From a virus (taxonomy: Duplodnaviria; Caudoviricetes): a DNA stretch of 24,129 nucleotides. Location of the stretch: positions 1 through 24,129 of the IMG/VR virus record IMGVR_UViG_3300010362_000103; one strand, given 5' to 3'. Made by a program: the position numbers and the translations under genes. Of this stretch, positions 24,087-24,129 are shown piece after piece. The notes beneath the pieces were generated by a model. That model saw only the letters and a program-made list of their open reading frames with translations, was not told the DNA's origin and ran no database searches. How positions within the stretch are numbered: the first letter of the stretch is position 1; every line of letters begins with the position of its first letter.

Positions 24087-24129
24087 CGGGGAGAAACCTT
24101 CAGAAATTCGGGGGAGAGAAAACGGTGAA

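Larger units (their letters stand above)
1..24129 (-). mobile_element. Tailed dsDNA phage/prophage segment: HK97-type head with a contractile tail, lysis region and start of an early region
   Basis: Contiguous, tightly coupled minus-strand genes in canonical order terminase-portal-protease-capsid-neck-sheath-tube-TMP-baseplate-lysis. No host genes, integrase or att site are visible, so phage versus prophage cannot be decided. Confidence 0.97.

Noticed and set aside
6104-24128. Long plus-strand ORFs (e.g. 11974-13275, 20665-21735, 10139-11182, 14169-15203)
   Set aside because: They are antisense shadows of well-supported minus-strand genes, expected in high-GC DNA, and have no recognisable motifs.

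Overview
The whole window is part of a GC-rich tailed dsDNA phage or prophage, read almost entirely on the minus strand (right to left). The gene order is: packaging HNH, small and large terminase, portal, HK97-type protease and capsid, neck genes, then a contractile (myovirus-type) tail (sheath, tube, frameshifted chaperone, tape measure, LysM protein, hub, spike, gp25-like, baseplate J, wedge, short fibre). Next comes an inverted two-gene plus-strand cassette (DUF2510-like membrane protein and a secreted matrixin-type zinc protease). After it is a lysis-type region (membrane protein, collagen-like protein, FlgM-like peptide, NlpC/P60 endolysin, holin, Hjc-like nuclease, Rpf-like transglycosylase). 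A terminator and a sigma70-type promoter then open an apparent early region (ribbon-helix-helix regulator, small ORFs, a possible SSB cut by the window edge). DUF2510, the Rpf-like and holin motifs and the high GC suggest an actinobacterial host, possibly a flagellated Thermoleophilia/Solirubrobacterales; this is inference. The most unusual items are the FlgM-like anti-sigma-28 peptide inside the lysis region, the Rpf-like gene with a structured leader and no canonical start codon, the inverted surface-protease cassette, and a spike fused to fibre/lectin-like domains. All product calls come from motif recognition by eye and gene order; no database search was run.
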